Source: an uncultured delta proteobacterium
Lineage (GTDB): Bacteria; Desulfobacterota; Desulfobacteria; Desulfobacterales; Desulfatirhabdiaceae
NCBI GenBank assembly: GCA_963789395.1
Contig: CAWBKP010000024.1
Span: 256,001 to 320,000, forward strand
Direction: 5' to 3'
DNA length: 64,000 nucleotides
The stretch's first letter is position 1, and each line of letters begins with the position of its first letter. The notes under the pieces were generated by a model. It had not been told where the DNA came from. It searched no databases and saw nothing but the letters and a program-made list of their open reading frames with translations. Below are positions 48,169-60,011 of this stretch, in pieces. Made by a program: the position numbers and the translations under genes.

Positions 48169-48629
48169 TTAAGTGAATCGGGTGAATATTGCTCTGAATC
48201 GATCCGGCCGAATGGATCGGTAATAACGCCATGCATACAGATACAGAACGCCGGCTATCATCGCAAAATCTCTGTAAAGCGCTGGGCGTAGACCATGAAA
48301 TGCTTTGGATTCGGCGTCCTCGGGGCCAAAGCAGCCGCAGTCGATATCCAAGCCCATGTGGATGCCGTAGAACAGAATGGCAACGAAGAGGATCAACATG
48401 CCGACAGTGATTGCAAGGCTTCCGTAGATATCCAGAATCAGGCCCGCTCCGGCAATGACTTCAAGAGATGAAAGCAGTACGGCCGCCGGCATCACCCATG
48501 GTACTGGGGATCAGGCCATACGCATCGATCAGGACACCGAACGTAACCGGATCCAGAAGTTTGGTGATTCCGGACCAGATAAATACAGCGGCAAGGAAGC
48601 ATCTCACCTGCGATACAGCAGCATTTCAT
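48169..48629 (-). CDS. MauE/DoxX-family redox-associated membrane protein; two frameshifts, start approximate
   Basis: Rebuilt VRCFLAAVFIWSGITKLLDP..F...IDAYGLIP joins LEVIAGAGL...GLDIDCGCFG...RD (ORF 48169-48495). Confidence 0.8.
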
Positions 48630-48898
48630 TTCCCCGAAGATTTTCAGCCTTCCGCCACGGTTCCTTTGTCCGATAACCAGGGAACTGTAAAATTGTCTTG
48701 ATAATCTGATGGTATGGGATATAAATAACAGGTGCCGGGGAATCGCCCGTGTATTTCGAATAAAGTCGTTCATGGCTGTCATTTATTAAAGATAATTGAA
48801 TATGTCAAATTCATAAAAGTTATCGTATTATTTCATTTTATCACTTTTTGTTATAAGTGCGTCAGAGGATGTACCTACGTTAAATCAGGAGATAAAAA

Positions 48899-49543
48899 AT
48901 GAAAGCTATAAAAATTGCTGTTGTCCTGTTGTTGTTATTTACATGGGGTTGTGCTGCCATGAACGGTTCAGATCAGCGGAATTCCCGCAGAAGCGCCGAC
49001 TCGCCCGAAAACGTCCTGAAGCCCGTGGATTATTCGCAATTCGGCAGACCGCCGATTCCGGTTAATATCCTGCTGCTGATTCCGTCCGAGTTCGAGCGTT
49101 TTGCGCATATCAGCAATTACGAAGGAAGCCGCATCCGTCACAGTCTCGGCCGGGATGCAGAGCAGGAATTGAGAAATGCCTTCGGGATCGAATTCGCCAA
49201 AGTCGAGGTATGGCCGGTGCAAAGCGAGGAAGTAGCAAAACAAATGCTTTGGCCCGAGAATCCGGAAAACGCCCAGGTGCGGGCTTACGATTATGTGGCG
49301 ATACCTAAATTCCTGCGCGTCGATTCCCTGGAAAGCAACGAAAAATATGGATTTGAAATCGATATGCAGGTGGAATTTACCGCAAAAAACGGCGCAAGCA
49401 TCACCATCAAAGGACATGGGGAATGCCTGATCGGCAAATACGCACAATTCACGCCTGAAAAAGGCGCTGTTCTGACGATGCAGTATGCGGTGGCAGCTCT
49501 ACTGGACGGCATTGAAAAAAGACGGATCCTTTTTATGCGCTGA
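48899..49543 (+). CDS. Putative lipoprotein of unknown function
   Basis: AGGAG ribosome-binding site; MKAIKIAVVLLLLFTWG-C lipobox-like signal. Confidence 0.7.
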   Translation: MKAIKIAVVLLLLFTWGCAAMNGSDQRNSRRSADSPENVLKPVDYSQFGRPPIPVNILLLIPSEFERFAHISNYEGSRIRHSLGRDAEQELRNAFGIEFAKVEVWPVQSEEVAKQMLWPENPENAQVRAYDYVAIPKFLRVDSLESNEKYGFEIDMQVEFTAKNGASITIKGHGECLIGKYAQFTPEKGAVLTMQYAVAALLDGIEKRRILFMR

Positions 49544-49571
49544 TGGATGCGCGGGTATTTTGGAGGTGTTT

Positions 49572-52068
49572 ATGTCGGATATTCGTCCCATCCATTACAA
49601 GCTATCCCTGGAGCCGGATCTGGAGCGATTCCAGTTTGCCGGAACCGCGGAGATTACGCTGGAAACCGGGTCGGCCATCGAAGAAATCGTGCTGAATGCC
49701 CTTGATTTGAACGTTATGACATGCCGGGTCAGGCGGGCGGAAGCGCTGGCGCCTTGTTCGCTGTCACTGGATTTAAAAAAAGAGGAGCTGAAAATTCGCC
49801 TTCCCGAAGCCATTCGCGGGCGATTCGTTCTGGTTGTCAACTATCAGGGACAGATCAACGACAGCATGGCAGGATTCTACCGCAGCAGCTATTTGCAGGG
49901 GGGCAGCCGCAGGTTCATCGCCGTCACCCAGTTCCAGGAAAGCGATGCGCGGCGGGCATTCCCGTGCCTGGATCATCCGTCGCAAAAAGCCACTTTCGAC
50001 ATTGAAATCATTGTGGATGCCGGGCTGACGGGTGTTTCCAATGCCGCCGTCAAAGCGGTTCAGGCCATGGATGGGGGACGGCGGCGCTTTGTGTTCGAAA
50101 CCACTCCGAAAATGTCCACGTACCTGGTATTCTGGGGCATGGGTGATTTTATGCGGGTCCAGAAAGCCGGTGAAACGCGGGTGAATGTCCTGACCCTTCC
50201 GGGGATGGAGTCTTATGCCGGATTCGGTCTCGATTTTGGATGCAATGCGCTGGAATTCTGCGAAAAATATTTCGGCATAGGCTATCCGTTATCCAAGATG
50301 GATTTGATCGCCATTCCGGACTTTGCTTTCGGCGCCATGGAGAACTGGGGAGCCATCACGTTTCGGGAGAACCTGCTGCTGCGGTATCCGGGCATTACAT
50401 CCAAATCCGGGGAGGGAAGAATCTGCGAGATCATCGCACACGAAATCGTGCACCAGTGGTTCGGCAATCTGGTTACCCCTTCGGACTGGAAATATCTGTG
50501 GCTGAATGAAAGCTTCGCCACGTATTTTGGTTATGGCATCGTGGATCATTATCATCCGGACTGGGGCGTCTGGGACCAGTTTCTGTATGGCCAGACCGCG
50601 GCGGCCATGTCTCGGGATGCCCTGATTGAAAATTTCCCCATCGAAATCCCCGGTGGAGAGCATGTCGTCATCAACTCCAGCACCGCGCCGATCATTTACA
50701 GCAAGGGCGGCAGTATCCTCCGGCAGATTCACGGATATATCGGGGAGGATCATTTCCAGGCCGGCCTGCAGCGGTATTTGAAAACGCATGCCTATGCGTG
50801 CGCCGCAAGCGATGATCTCTGGCAGGCACTTGAAGCGGCCTCGGCGCTTCCGGTCACCCGGATCATGAAAAGCTGGATCGAGCAGCCCGGCTTTCCGCTG
50901 CTGGAGGCCCGCCGTGACGGCCGAAAACTGACGATCGCCCAACACCGATTCACGTATCTTCCGTGTGACGCCGTCCAGACCTGGATCGTACCGGTGACGG
51001 TTTCAGTATTTTCGCAGGCCGGCGCCACAACCCGCATGACTATGATTCTGGATCAATCGCTTCAGTCGCTCGATCTGCCGGAAGATACGGCAGCTTACAA
51101 AATCAATGCCGGTCAGACCGGCTGTTACCGGGTCAAATATCAGGATACTGAGAATCTGGAAGCGCTTGGGACAGCCATCCGGAACAAAACCCTTTCCCCG
51201 GAAGACCGCTGGGGACTGCACGCGGATCTATTTGCTCTGCTGATCCGCGGGGATGTGGACTCTGGAAACTTATCTGGACTTTCTGCGCCATTACACTGAC
51301 GAAGATGCATTCCTGCCGCTTATCGGCATCGCCGATGCGCTAAACCATCTCTGGCTGGTGCTGGAAGATGGTCGCCGGAAGGTTTCAGATGCGGCAATAC
51401 CGCTGCTTGAGTTCATTCTGGAGCGTATCGGGTACGAGGCCTGCGCCGACGAAGCCCATACCCGCGCGATGCTGCGCGACCAGGTTCTATGGCAGGCGGC
51501 CATGATCGGCTCTAAAGCTGCGGCCGATTTCGGCCGTTCTCAGTTTGCCCTGCTGAAAGCGGGCAGCGCCGTCAGTCCGGATATCTTAAAAAACGCCATG
51601 CAGATCGGCGCGCTGACAGAAGGCCAGGATGCCTTTGACTGGCTGGATAAGCGATTCCGTGAATCCGCCAGTGAGCAGGAGCGTGTCAACGTTCTGATCG
51701 CCCTTGGCGGTTTTTCTGACAAGGCGGTCATTGCCAGAGCCCTGGACTATGTCATCGATCATGTGCCGGCCCGAAATCAGTTTATTCCGATTGTTTCCAT
51801 GTCGACCAATCCGGCGGCGATTCCCCTGCTGTGGGACTGGTACACGGCCAATCTGCCGAAAATCGAAACTTTTCATCCGCTCCTGCATGAAAGACTCATC
51901 ATCGCGATCGTTCCCTCGGCCGGGCTTTACCGTCCGGAGGAGATTCGAGGATATTTCACAGATTATCTGAACCGATCGGATAAAGCCAGGGACGCGATCA
52001 AACTGTCCCTTGAAAAACTGGAAATCAATATTCAGATCCGAAAGCGTTTAGGGAAAACAGTTAATTGA
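49572..52068 (+). CDS. M1-family aminopeptidase with ERAP1-like C-terminus; one frameshift near 51250-51262
   Basis: TQFQESDARRAFPC, GAMENWG, HEIVH-x18-E and YSKGG. The second ORF carries the helical C-terminal domain. Start at ATG 49572 after GGAGG. Confidence 0.92.
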
Positions 52069-52093
52069 ATTTGCAAGACACTGGAAAAACGAT

Positions 52094-52873
52094 GTGATGA
52101 AGATCCTGGTCTGCGTCAAACAGATACCCGATCCCGATGCACCGGTCCGCATCACCTCCGATGGCCGATGGATCGAAACGGATGGCGATGCATTTGTAAT
52201 GAACCGTTTTGACGGTTTTGCCCTGGAAGAGGCGCTCCAAATCCGTGAAGAAATTCCGGATACCCGTATCGATGTGGTGTCAGTGGGACCGGAAAGGGCG
52301 GAGGCGGTTCTCCGAAGATCACTGGGTATGGGCGCGGATCACGGCATCCACATTCTTAGCGAAATCGATGGCTACCTCAGCCCGTTTGCAACCGCCACCT
52401 GGATTGCCGAGTATGCCCGGTACCGCCATTATGACCTGATTCTGACCGGCATCATGTCCGGTGATGACATGAACGGGCTGGTCGGGCCTCTGGTGGCAGA
52501 AATGCTTCAACTGCCGTGTGCCACCTCGGTTATTTTCAGGCGGATGATGCTTCATACGAGCCGAATTTACGTTGAACGCGAGATGGAAGGGGGGCTTCGT
52601 GATGCTCTGGAAATCAATCTCCCGGCACTGCTGACACTGCAAAGCGGAATCAACCGGCCGCGCTATCCGACCCTTTCAAAAATGCTGCGGGCCAACAAAC
52701 ATTCCCTGGACGTGATTCCATCTGGATCTCTTGTGTCGCCATCCATTCATCTTTCCGTCATGCAGACCACGTTACCGCAAAAAACACGCACGGGCCGGAT
52801 TCTTGAAGGAACGCCCCGGGAAAAAGCCGACCTGCTTCTGGATATTCTTCAAAATCGTTTAATGCCCGGATAG
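52094..52873 (+). CDS. etfB: Electron transfer flavoprotein beta subunit
   Basis: Motifs ILVCVKQIPD, ALEEAL, MGAD and NRPRYP. Confidence 0.93.
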   Translation: MMKILVCVKQIPDPDAPVRITSDGRWIETDGDAFVMNRFDGFALEEALQIREEIPDTRIDVVSVGPERAEAVLRRSLGMGADHGIHILSEIDGYLSPFATATWIAEYARYRHYDLILTGIMSGDDMNGLVGPLVAEMLQLPCATSVIFRRMMLHTSRIYVEREMEGGLRDALEINLPALLTLQSGINRPRYPTLSKMLRANKHSLDVIPSGSLVSPSIHLSVMQTTLPQKTRTGRILEGTPREKADLLLDILQNRLMPG

Positions 52874-52878
52874 GAGAG

Positions 52879-53880
52879 ATGCACGTGCCTTCTCAGTCCA
52901 TTGTTGTAATCGCAGAGATTTCCGAAGGTCAGGTCCGTCCGATCACTTATGACCTTGTGGCTTTTGCGTGCACCCTGAAAAACGAAATGTCGTCTGCCGA
53001 CATTCAAATCGTTGTGATCGGAGACGCAATAGACAGGATAAGCGAAATCATCACCGGCAAAACCGGACTGAGCGTTTTTGCCGTATGTGTTCCGGGGTTC
53101 AACTGCTATAACGCCGAGGTCTATAAAAACGTTCTGGCCGAAGTCCTGACGGAGTTGCGACCATCGCATGTATGCGCGGCGCACTCGGCTCAGGGTCTGG
53201 ACTTTGCGCCGGGACTTGCCGTTCGGCTCGGTGCGGCCTGCGTTACAGGTGTCGAAGCCATCGTGAAACTGGATCAGGGAATCTGTTTTCGCAGGGCGGT
53301 TTCAGGCGGCAAAATCATGGCGGATGTCCATGCGGATAGCAGGATGGTCGTGCTTTGTGTCCAGTTCGGCAGTTTTACTGCCGATTCAAAGGATGCTGCA
53401 GCCCCCGGAACGGTTACGAAGCGGACGATGGAAAGTGCTTCCCGGAAAAGTTTTTCCTGCGGGGTCATCCGAAAAAGTATGGATGTTTCCGCCGTTACCG
53501 AAGCAGATGTGATCGTTGCGGCCGGTCGGGGAATCGGCAACAAAGACAATCTGGATCTGATTTATCGTCTGGCCTCACTGTTTCCCAGATCTGCAGTCGC
53601 CGGGTCCCGGATTGTCTGCGACAGCGGCTGGCTGGATTACGCGCAGCAGATCGGCGTGACCGGCTCAACCGTCTCCCCGAAACTCTATATCGCCTGCGGC
53701 ATATCCGGGGCCATCCAGCACGTTTCCGGCATGCGGGGCTCCGGCTTTATCGTTGCCATCAATACGGATCCCAAAGCGGCGATTTTCAACGTATCCGACG
53801 TGTGCATCGTCGAGGATCTTTCCAGCTTTATTCCCATTCTCATCGAAACCCATGTAAATGATAAATTGAGAAATTATTGA
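52879..53880 (+). CDS. etfA: Electron transfer flavoprotein alpha subunit
   Basis: AAGRG, QIGVTG.TVSPKLYIACGISGAIQH and AINTDP.A.IF. Confidence 0.93.
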   Translation: MHVPSQSIVVIAEISEGQVRPITYDLVAFACTLKNEMSSADIQIVVIGDAIDRISEIITGKTGLSVFAVCVPGFNCYNAEVYKNVLAEVLTELRPSHVCAAHSAQGLDFAPGLAVRLGAACVTGVEAIVKLDQGICFRRAVSGGKIMADVHADSRMVVLCVQFGSFTADSKDAAAPGTVTKRTMESASRKSFSCGVIRKSMDVSAVTEADVIVAAGRGIGNKDNLDLIYRLASLFPRSAVAGSRIVCDSGWLDYAQQIGVTGSTVSPKLYIACGISGAIQHVSGMRGSGFIVAINTDPKAAIFNVSDVCIVEDLSSFIPILIETHVNDKLRNY

Positions 53881-53932
53881 CACGTACCTGTCTTTTTGCA
53901 ATATCTGAATCATCAGTGAAAGTATTTTCTCT
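53877..53932 (+). repeat. Promoter-like direct repeat, copy 1 (upstream of the cyclase gene)
   Basis: TTGAC-N10-CTTTTTGCAATATCTGAAT; the 19-bp core is identical to 58357-58375. Confidence 0.75.
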
Positions 53933-54016
53933 TAAGCACAACGGTTCCTCTTTTTTATGTGTTCTAAAACCGGCGTGCTTGACGCCAGCAAATCTGTTTT
54001 AGATCGGTGCAATACC

Positions 54017-57000
54017 ATGATATGTCCGGAATGTCAGACTGTGCTTCCTGTAGACTCCCGGTTCTGTAAAGAATGCGGCCGAAAACTCGATCTGACCTGT
54101 TCCGAATGTTCAAAAAGCGAACTGTCGGACAGTAAATTCCGTCGTGACATAGGGCAGGATTTTTTCAACACTGAAGACTCCTTTGAACTCGATTCCCGAC
54201 AACTGCAGTTCTATACTTCGAACCACCTGGCCGACTGAATCCTGTCCACGCATAGCGGCATCGAAGGGGAACGTAAATTCGTCACCGTCATGTTTGCGGA
54301 TGTGGCCGGATTTTATTCCATATCAGAGAAGCTTGATCCGGTAGATGTTCACGAGATCATGGACAGCTGCTTTAGAATCCTTTTAAATCAGATTCATCAT
54401 TTTGAAGGAACAGCCAACGAATTTCTTGGAGATGGGATGATGGCACTTTTCGGCGCGCCTGTCGCACATGAAAATCATGCACAGAAGGCCTGCTTCGCAG
54501 CGCTGGCCATTCAGAATGCCCTGATGCCTTACAGCCGGAAACTGAAAGACATTTACGGCGTTGATTTGAAAATGCGGATCGGACTGAACTCCGGATTTGT
54601 GGTGGTCGGAGCCATCGGTGATAATATGCGAATGGATTATACGGCGCATGGAGATACCGCCAACCTGGCGGCCCGAATGGAGAGTATGGCTCAGCCTGGA
54701 ACCATACTGGTGGGTGAATCGACTTATAGACTGGCCGGGAACGCATTCGAATTCGAGTCTCTTGGCCTGATGCCGGTCAAGGGCAAAGAGAAACCTGCGG
54801 CGGTTTATCGGCTGATGGACAAGGCGATCACGGACAGAGCCCGGTTTGATCGGGAAATCTTTTCGCCGATGGTGGGCCGTGAATTGGAGCTTTTGCGACT
54901 TGAAGAACTGATCATCAAAGCGATCGATGGCGAAGGCTCTGTGGTGAACGTGGTCGGCGAGGCCGGTATCGGAAAATCGAGGCTTCTGGCTGAACTGAAA
55001 AATCGCGATGTGATGAAACGGGTCAAGCTCATAGAAGGCCGGGCCATTTCTATGGGCAGAAATTTGAGTTTTTATCCGATTATCGATTTGTTGAAGAACT
55101 GGGCTCGAATCCGGGAGGATGACAGTGAAAAAACAGCAATGAGCAAGCTTCAGGAAGCAATTCGGCGGGTGTCTGCGGATGAGGTCGATGAGATATTCCC
55201 TTTCGTGGGGACGCTGATGGGCATGAAACTTTCCGGAGAACAAGCAGCGCGGATAAAGGGGATCGAGGGGGAATCCCTGGAAATACTGATCTTCAAGAAC
55301 ATCCGGGAGCTTTTAATTCGCTCCACGGAGATAATTCCCGTGGTGATCGTCATCGATGATCTTCACTGGGCGGACACCAGCTCCCTGGTTCTGATCGATG
55401 TGCTCTATCGTCTGGCGGGCACCCGGAAGGTAGTTTTTATCAATGTATTTCGTCCCGGATATTGGGATAGAGAAGAGAAAACGCCAGCCAACCTGAGGGA
55501 ACGGGAGACAGCCCTGCTTCTGTCAGAAATAGCCATTAAACCGCTTGATTTTCAAAACAGCATAACCATGATTAACAACATGCTCGATATCAAGGGACTG
55601 CATCATGGGATGAAAACCCGGATCATTGAAAGGGCGGAAGGCAATCCATTTTTTATCGAGGAGGTGGTGCGCGCACTCATCGATGAAGGCGCTGTTGTTG
55701 TTACAAATGGCGGGTTCGAGGTAACCGATAAAATCCATGATGTGGTGATTCCGACGACGATCAACGATGTCCTGATGGCCAGGATCGACCGACTCGATGA
55801 GGAATGTCGCAATATCGTGAAGGTGGCCTCCGTGATCGGTCGCAGTTTTTTTTACCGAATTCTGGCGGATGTAATCAGCCAGGTGGAGGGCCTTGACGAC
55901 AAGCTGGATTATTTAAAGCAGGTTCAGCTTATCCGTCAACGGACGCGGATGAAAGAACTGGAATACTTTTTTAAGCACGCCCTGACTCAAGAAGCGGCAT
56001 ACGAATCCACTCTCCTGAAGCACCGGAAGCAGCTTCACGTGAAGGTTGCGGAATCCATCCAAAGAATATTTTCAGAAAGACTCCATGAGTTCTATGGCCT
56101 TCTTGCCTATCACTACAGCCTGGCAGAGGACCTGGAAAAAACGGAAGAATGGATGACCAAAGCAGGCGAAGAAGCGCTCCGTTCCTCCGCGTCTTCTGAG
56201 GCATTGCACTATTACCAGGAGGCGTTGCGGCTCTATCTGGCAAAATCCGTAAAAGCTGCTGATTCGGAAAAGCTGGCTGATTTTCAAAAGAACATTGCCA
56301 TCGCTTATTATAATCGAGTCGAACATGACAAAGCTCTTTCATACTTTGATAAGGTCTTCCAATGTTGGGAAAAACGTTCTTCGAATAGTAAGTTGAGCAT
56401 TTTAAGTAAGTTGGCCAATATCTGCTCTGTGATCTGGTTCAGGCAAAATTTCCCGGATTGGGGAAAAAAGAGAATACCTGATCAGCGGGTTAATATGTTT
56501 TTTGATTTGGTTCAAAAAAAAGCAAGAAGTTTAATGTACATAAACCCGATGAGAATGTTTATGGAGTCAATCGGTGAATGCCGGGAGAGTTTGAATTACG
56601 ATTTGAACAAATTAGACAATGCTGCCGGGGTGCATTTGTCGACGGGTGGCGTATTGTGTGTTGTCGGGTTTTTGAGAATCGGTGAACTGGTCTTGGCCAA
56701 CGCTGTAAAACTGGTTAATAAACTAAAAGCCAAAGATTTTGTCATGTACAATAATGTGCTCACCGTCAGCAATTATATCATTGGAAAATGGTCGCTAATT
56801 CCGGCATACGAGGATTCGGTTTCCACCCTTGCCTTGAAAAACGGATTTTTTGGGATATCCAGACCTATTACCTATTTCAAGGACTCATGAAAACCCATCA
56901 GGGAATGTTTGATGAAGCCGAAGATCGTTGTAAGAATATCATGGCCGTGTCGGACGATCTGGGATATCGGCGCCATGGGGTGCTGTCCATAGAGTTAATG

Positions 57001-58334
57001 GTAATCAGCCGCAGGTTGACTCAGGTACAATGCGAGGTCTCTCAGGCCATAGCCGTGGCAGAAGAGATGGGATCATATCCATTTACGTTGATGGGTTACG
57101 GGTGGAAAGCAACAAGTGAAGTCCTGATGAAAAATATGTCAGCGGCAAAAGATTCCCTGACCTGCGCAGATGCCATTCTTCAAAAACGTGATTTTTGGCC
57201 TCCCTGGAACCTGGCTAGTGTCTTGGTCGCCCGATTCATGTTCGATATTAATCAATTGGAAGATGCGATTCACGGTAACGTCCGATCGGCTATTTTTAAA
57301 GCCAAAACAGCGGCATTCACAAGCGGAAAACGGGCGGTTAAAAATGCTGCCAAATATGCTTCCCATCGCACCTGGAACTATCGCCTGATGGGAGAGTACT
57401 ACTGGCTGATCGGAAAACAGAGAAAATCTGTCAAATGGTTAGAAAAGTCCATCCGGGAAGGCGAACGTCTCGGAGCCCGTCCCGAATTGGCCCGGACATA
57501 CATGACTGTGGGTAGACGTATGCAGGAGCCTCAGAGTAAAATCAAGGAACGGCTCGACATGGCTGGAGAAAGGTAACGCCGGATACCCGACATCCCAAGT
57601 CCGATGCGGCATCACAAGAGGAGTTTAAAAAAAACTCCCTGATATTATCGCAGAAAAGATAGCTCTATCCGACAAGCCGTTCTTATTGCTTTTCCAGGAT
57701 GAGGCTCGGTTTGGTCGTATGAGTGATCCAGCACGTTGTTGGGCTCCTGCGCCTATTCGGCCGACAGTCGGATTGGCATTGATTCGCGAGTTTCGATATT
57801 TTTATGCAGCGATTGGACCGCAAAACGGGACTCTGCATTGGATGGTAACAGAGAAGATGAACACAGAGAATATGGCTCTATTTCTATCGCAGATCGGAAA
57901 AGCCCATCCAGATAGGCATGTGGTTATGGTGCTTGACGGGGCGAGCTCTCATCGGGCGAAAGCGCTGGAGATTCCGGACAATATCTCGTTGATTCGTCTG
58001 CAACCTTACTCGCCAGAACTCAATCCAACAGAAATTCTCTGGCATGAGTTGCGAGAAAAAAAATGTGCCAATCGCGTTTTTAAATCCCTCGACGATGTGT
58101 GCAATGAGGTTGAGAATGGACTGAGAAAATTCGCTTCTACACCAGCGGAGGTATCTCGGTTGAGCGGTTGGCCGTGGGTTATCAATAGTATTGTTTTGAA
58201 TGCAACTTAGAATTAACGGCATCAGTGCACCGGAGTATCTCAACAATGCTGAAACTCTTTTCCGGGAGATGGACCTGCAATGGGACCTGGGGCAACTGGA
58301 GCAAGTGCGGTCACAGGAACTCACTTCATTTTAA
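54017..58334 (+). pseudogene. Class III adenylate/guanylate cyclase with zinc ribbon, AAA (STAND-like) ATPase and TPR-like region; disrupted
   Basis: CPEC/CKECG ribbon, in-frame TGA at 54236-54238, MFADVAG, LGDG, GDTANLAAR, Walker A GEAGIGKS, Walker B IDDLHWAD, GNPFFIEE and FKHALTQE. Frameshift near 56845, IS630 insert at 57551-58212, last 39 codons resume at 58215 and end at TAA 58334. Confidence 0.85.
57551..58214 (+). mobile_element. 5'-truncated IS630-family insertion sequence
   Basis: End of the winged-helix segment (ARHGWRKVTPDTRHPK..EEFKK), slippery TTTAAAAAAAAC at 57624-57635, then the DDE domain (FQDEARFG, VLDGASSH, YSPELNPTE) in 57686-58210. TA at the right junction. Confidence 0.9.
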
Positions 58335-58341
58335 TATTTTG

Positions 58342-58395
58342 TTGACTCATACGTAGCTTTTTGCAATATCTGAATTAGCAGCAAAGGCCTTTCTC
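58342..58395 (+). repeat. Promoter-like direct repeat, copy 2 (after the cyclase stop, upstream of the GMC gene)
   Basis: Same TTGAC spacing and identical 19-bp core as 53877-53932. Confidence 0.75.
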
Positions 58396-58631
58396 ACCCA
58401 CTCCATATTCCTTTTCTTTTTCGCGTTTTGAATGGGATGGCAACTTAACAGCGTTCCGACTTTTATTGAGCTGTGCGACCCACACCGTAGCTTTTCACAA
58501 CAATTCTGTCCATGATGCGGTCTTTATAGAATGCCCAGACAATTCATGGCTGTTTACGAAGTCATCAGTCTTGGTTGAAGCCAAGAATGCACAACGTCGT
58601 AATCAACTGCTTGAATGAAAGGAGCATAAGG

Positions 58632-59957
58632 ATGAAAAAAAATCCGAAAACATTTGACGCTATCATTGCTGGCAGTGGTCCGGGCGGCGCCAGCGTTGCC
58701 CGGGAACTGTCCCGTAAGGGGCAATCGGTTCTGATTCTCGAAAGGGGGGACAATCATCCGGTAAAGGGGACTATTACACAAATGGTGCCACAGGCGATGG
58801 TGCCGGGAAAGGGCATGCTGGTCACCCATGAGGGTCTGGGCATGGTGCGGGGAATTGCAACAGGAGGAAGTACTCAGTTTTATTGCGCCACGGCCTTTGA
58901 TCCCCCGTTTGACATGCTGAAGAAATATGGTGTTGATATTACCGGCGAGGTTGCGGAGATCCGTCAGGAAATCCCCAACGCCATTTTATCCGATGCATTG
59001 ATGAGCCCAGCAGGTTTCTGTTTCGAGCGCAGTGCGATGGAACTGGGGTATGACTGCCACCGTTTGAATAAAATGATCTTCCAGGACAAATGCCTTCCGG
59101 ATTGTCAGCGCTGCATTTACGGCTGTCCCGTAGGCGCCAAATGGAGTGCCCGCCACTTTGTGAACGAAGCACTGGATAACGGGGCTGCGATCCTCACTGG
59201 CGCACGCGTGGACAGAGTGATTATCGAGAACAGGAGCGCTGTCGGTGTGGAATATCATCATCAGCATGAACGGCAGCAGGCATTTGCATCCAGGGTGATT
59301 GTCGCCGCCGGTGGCATCGGCTCTCCTGTCATTCTACGGAAAAGCGGTCTGGCCGGCGCCGGCTTTGATTTTTTCTTTGATCCGCTCGTTTTTGTGATGG
59401 GGACAGTGAAGTCGGTCCACAGCGGGAGGGGCATCGCCATGTGCGCAGGCGTGCATTTTGTGGAAGAAGGTATCGTGATGACCGATTTCAACCTACCACG
59501 CCTGATGAAGTTGATGTTTGACATGGGTGTTTTTAAATTCAGTCAGGTTTTTTCCTATGCCAATGTGGTTCCGATCATGATCAAAGTTCGCGACAGCCTG
59601 GGCGGAAAAGTGATCAACGATCGGATGGTCTGGAAGGGTTTAGCCAAGTCTGACAAACAGAAAATCAATACGGGCGTATCCCATGCCAGGCGCATTCTTG
59701 ATCATGCAGGCGCCACGGATATCTATCGGAGCTGGTATCTGGCCGCCCATCCGGGCGGTACGGCGAAGATCGGCGAGATCGTGGATGCCGATCTGAAAAC
59801 CGAATTCGATAATCTCTATGTCTGCGACTGCTCGGTGGTGCCGGAAGAGTGGGGTCTGCCCCCAAGCATGACACTATTGGGGTTGGGTAAGCGGCTGGCC
59901 CGGCATCTGATGAAATCTGCCGATAATGCGACTGGTGGCCAATCATTCTCTTCTTAA
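58632..59957 (+). CDS. GMC-family oxidoreductase
   Basis: GSGPGG FAD motif, ILERG, GGST, CQRCIYGC, AAGGIGSP, HPGGT and YVCDCSV. Start at ATG 58632 after GGAG. Confidence 0.9.
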   Translation: MKKNPKTFDAIIAGSGPGGASVARELSRKGQSVLILERGDNHPVKGTITQMVPQAMVPGKGMLVTHEGLGMVRGIATGGSTQFYCATAFDPPFDMLKKYGVDITGEVAEIRQEIPNAILSDALMSPAGFCFERSAMELGYDCHRLNKMIFQDKCLPDCQRCIYGCPVGAKWSARHFVNEALDNGAAILTGARVDRVIIENRSAVGVEYHHQHERQQAFASRVIVAAGGIGSPVILRKSGLAGAGFDFFFDPLVFVMGTVKSVHSGRGIAMCAGVHFVEEGIVMTDFNLPRLMKLMFDMGVFKFSQVFSYANVVPIMIKVRDSLGGKVINDRMVWKGLAKSDKQKINTGVSHARRILDHAGATDIYRSWYLAAHPGGTAKIGEIVDADLKTEFDNLYVCDCSVVPEEWGLPPSMTLLGLGKRLARHLMKSADNATGGQSFSS

Positions 59958-60011
59958 TGCTTTACACACAAAAAAGTCTATGCCTGCAATGGGAGAATCA
60001 ACGAATTCCAT

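Noticed and set aside
54236..54238. In-frame TGA in the cyclase gene as a selenocysteine codon
   Set aside because: The context HLAD*IL is not a Cys/redox position, no GCAGGT-type hairpin follows, and the gene has other lesions. Nonsense mutation or base error is more likely.
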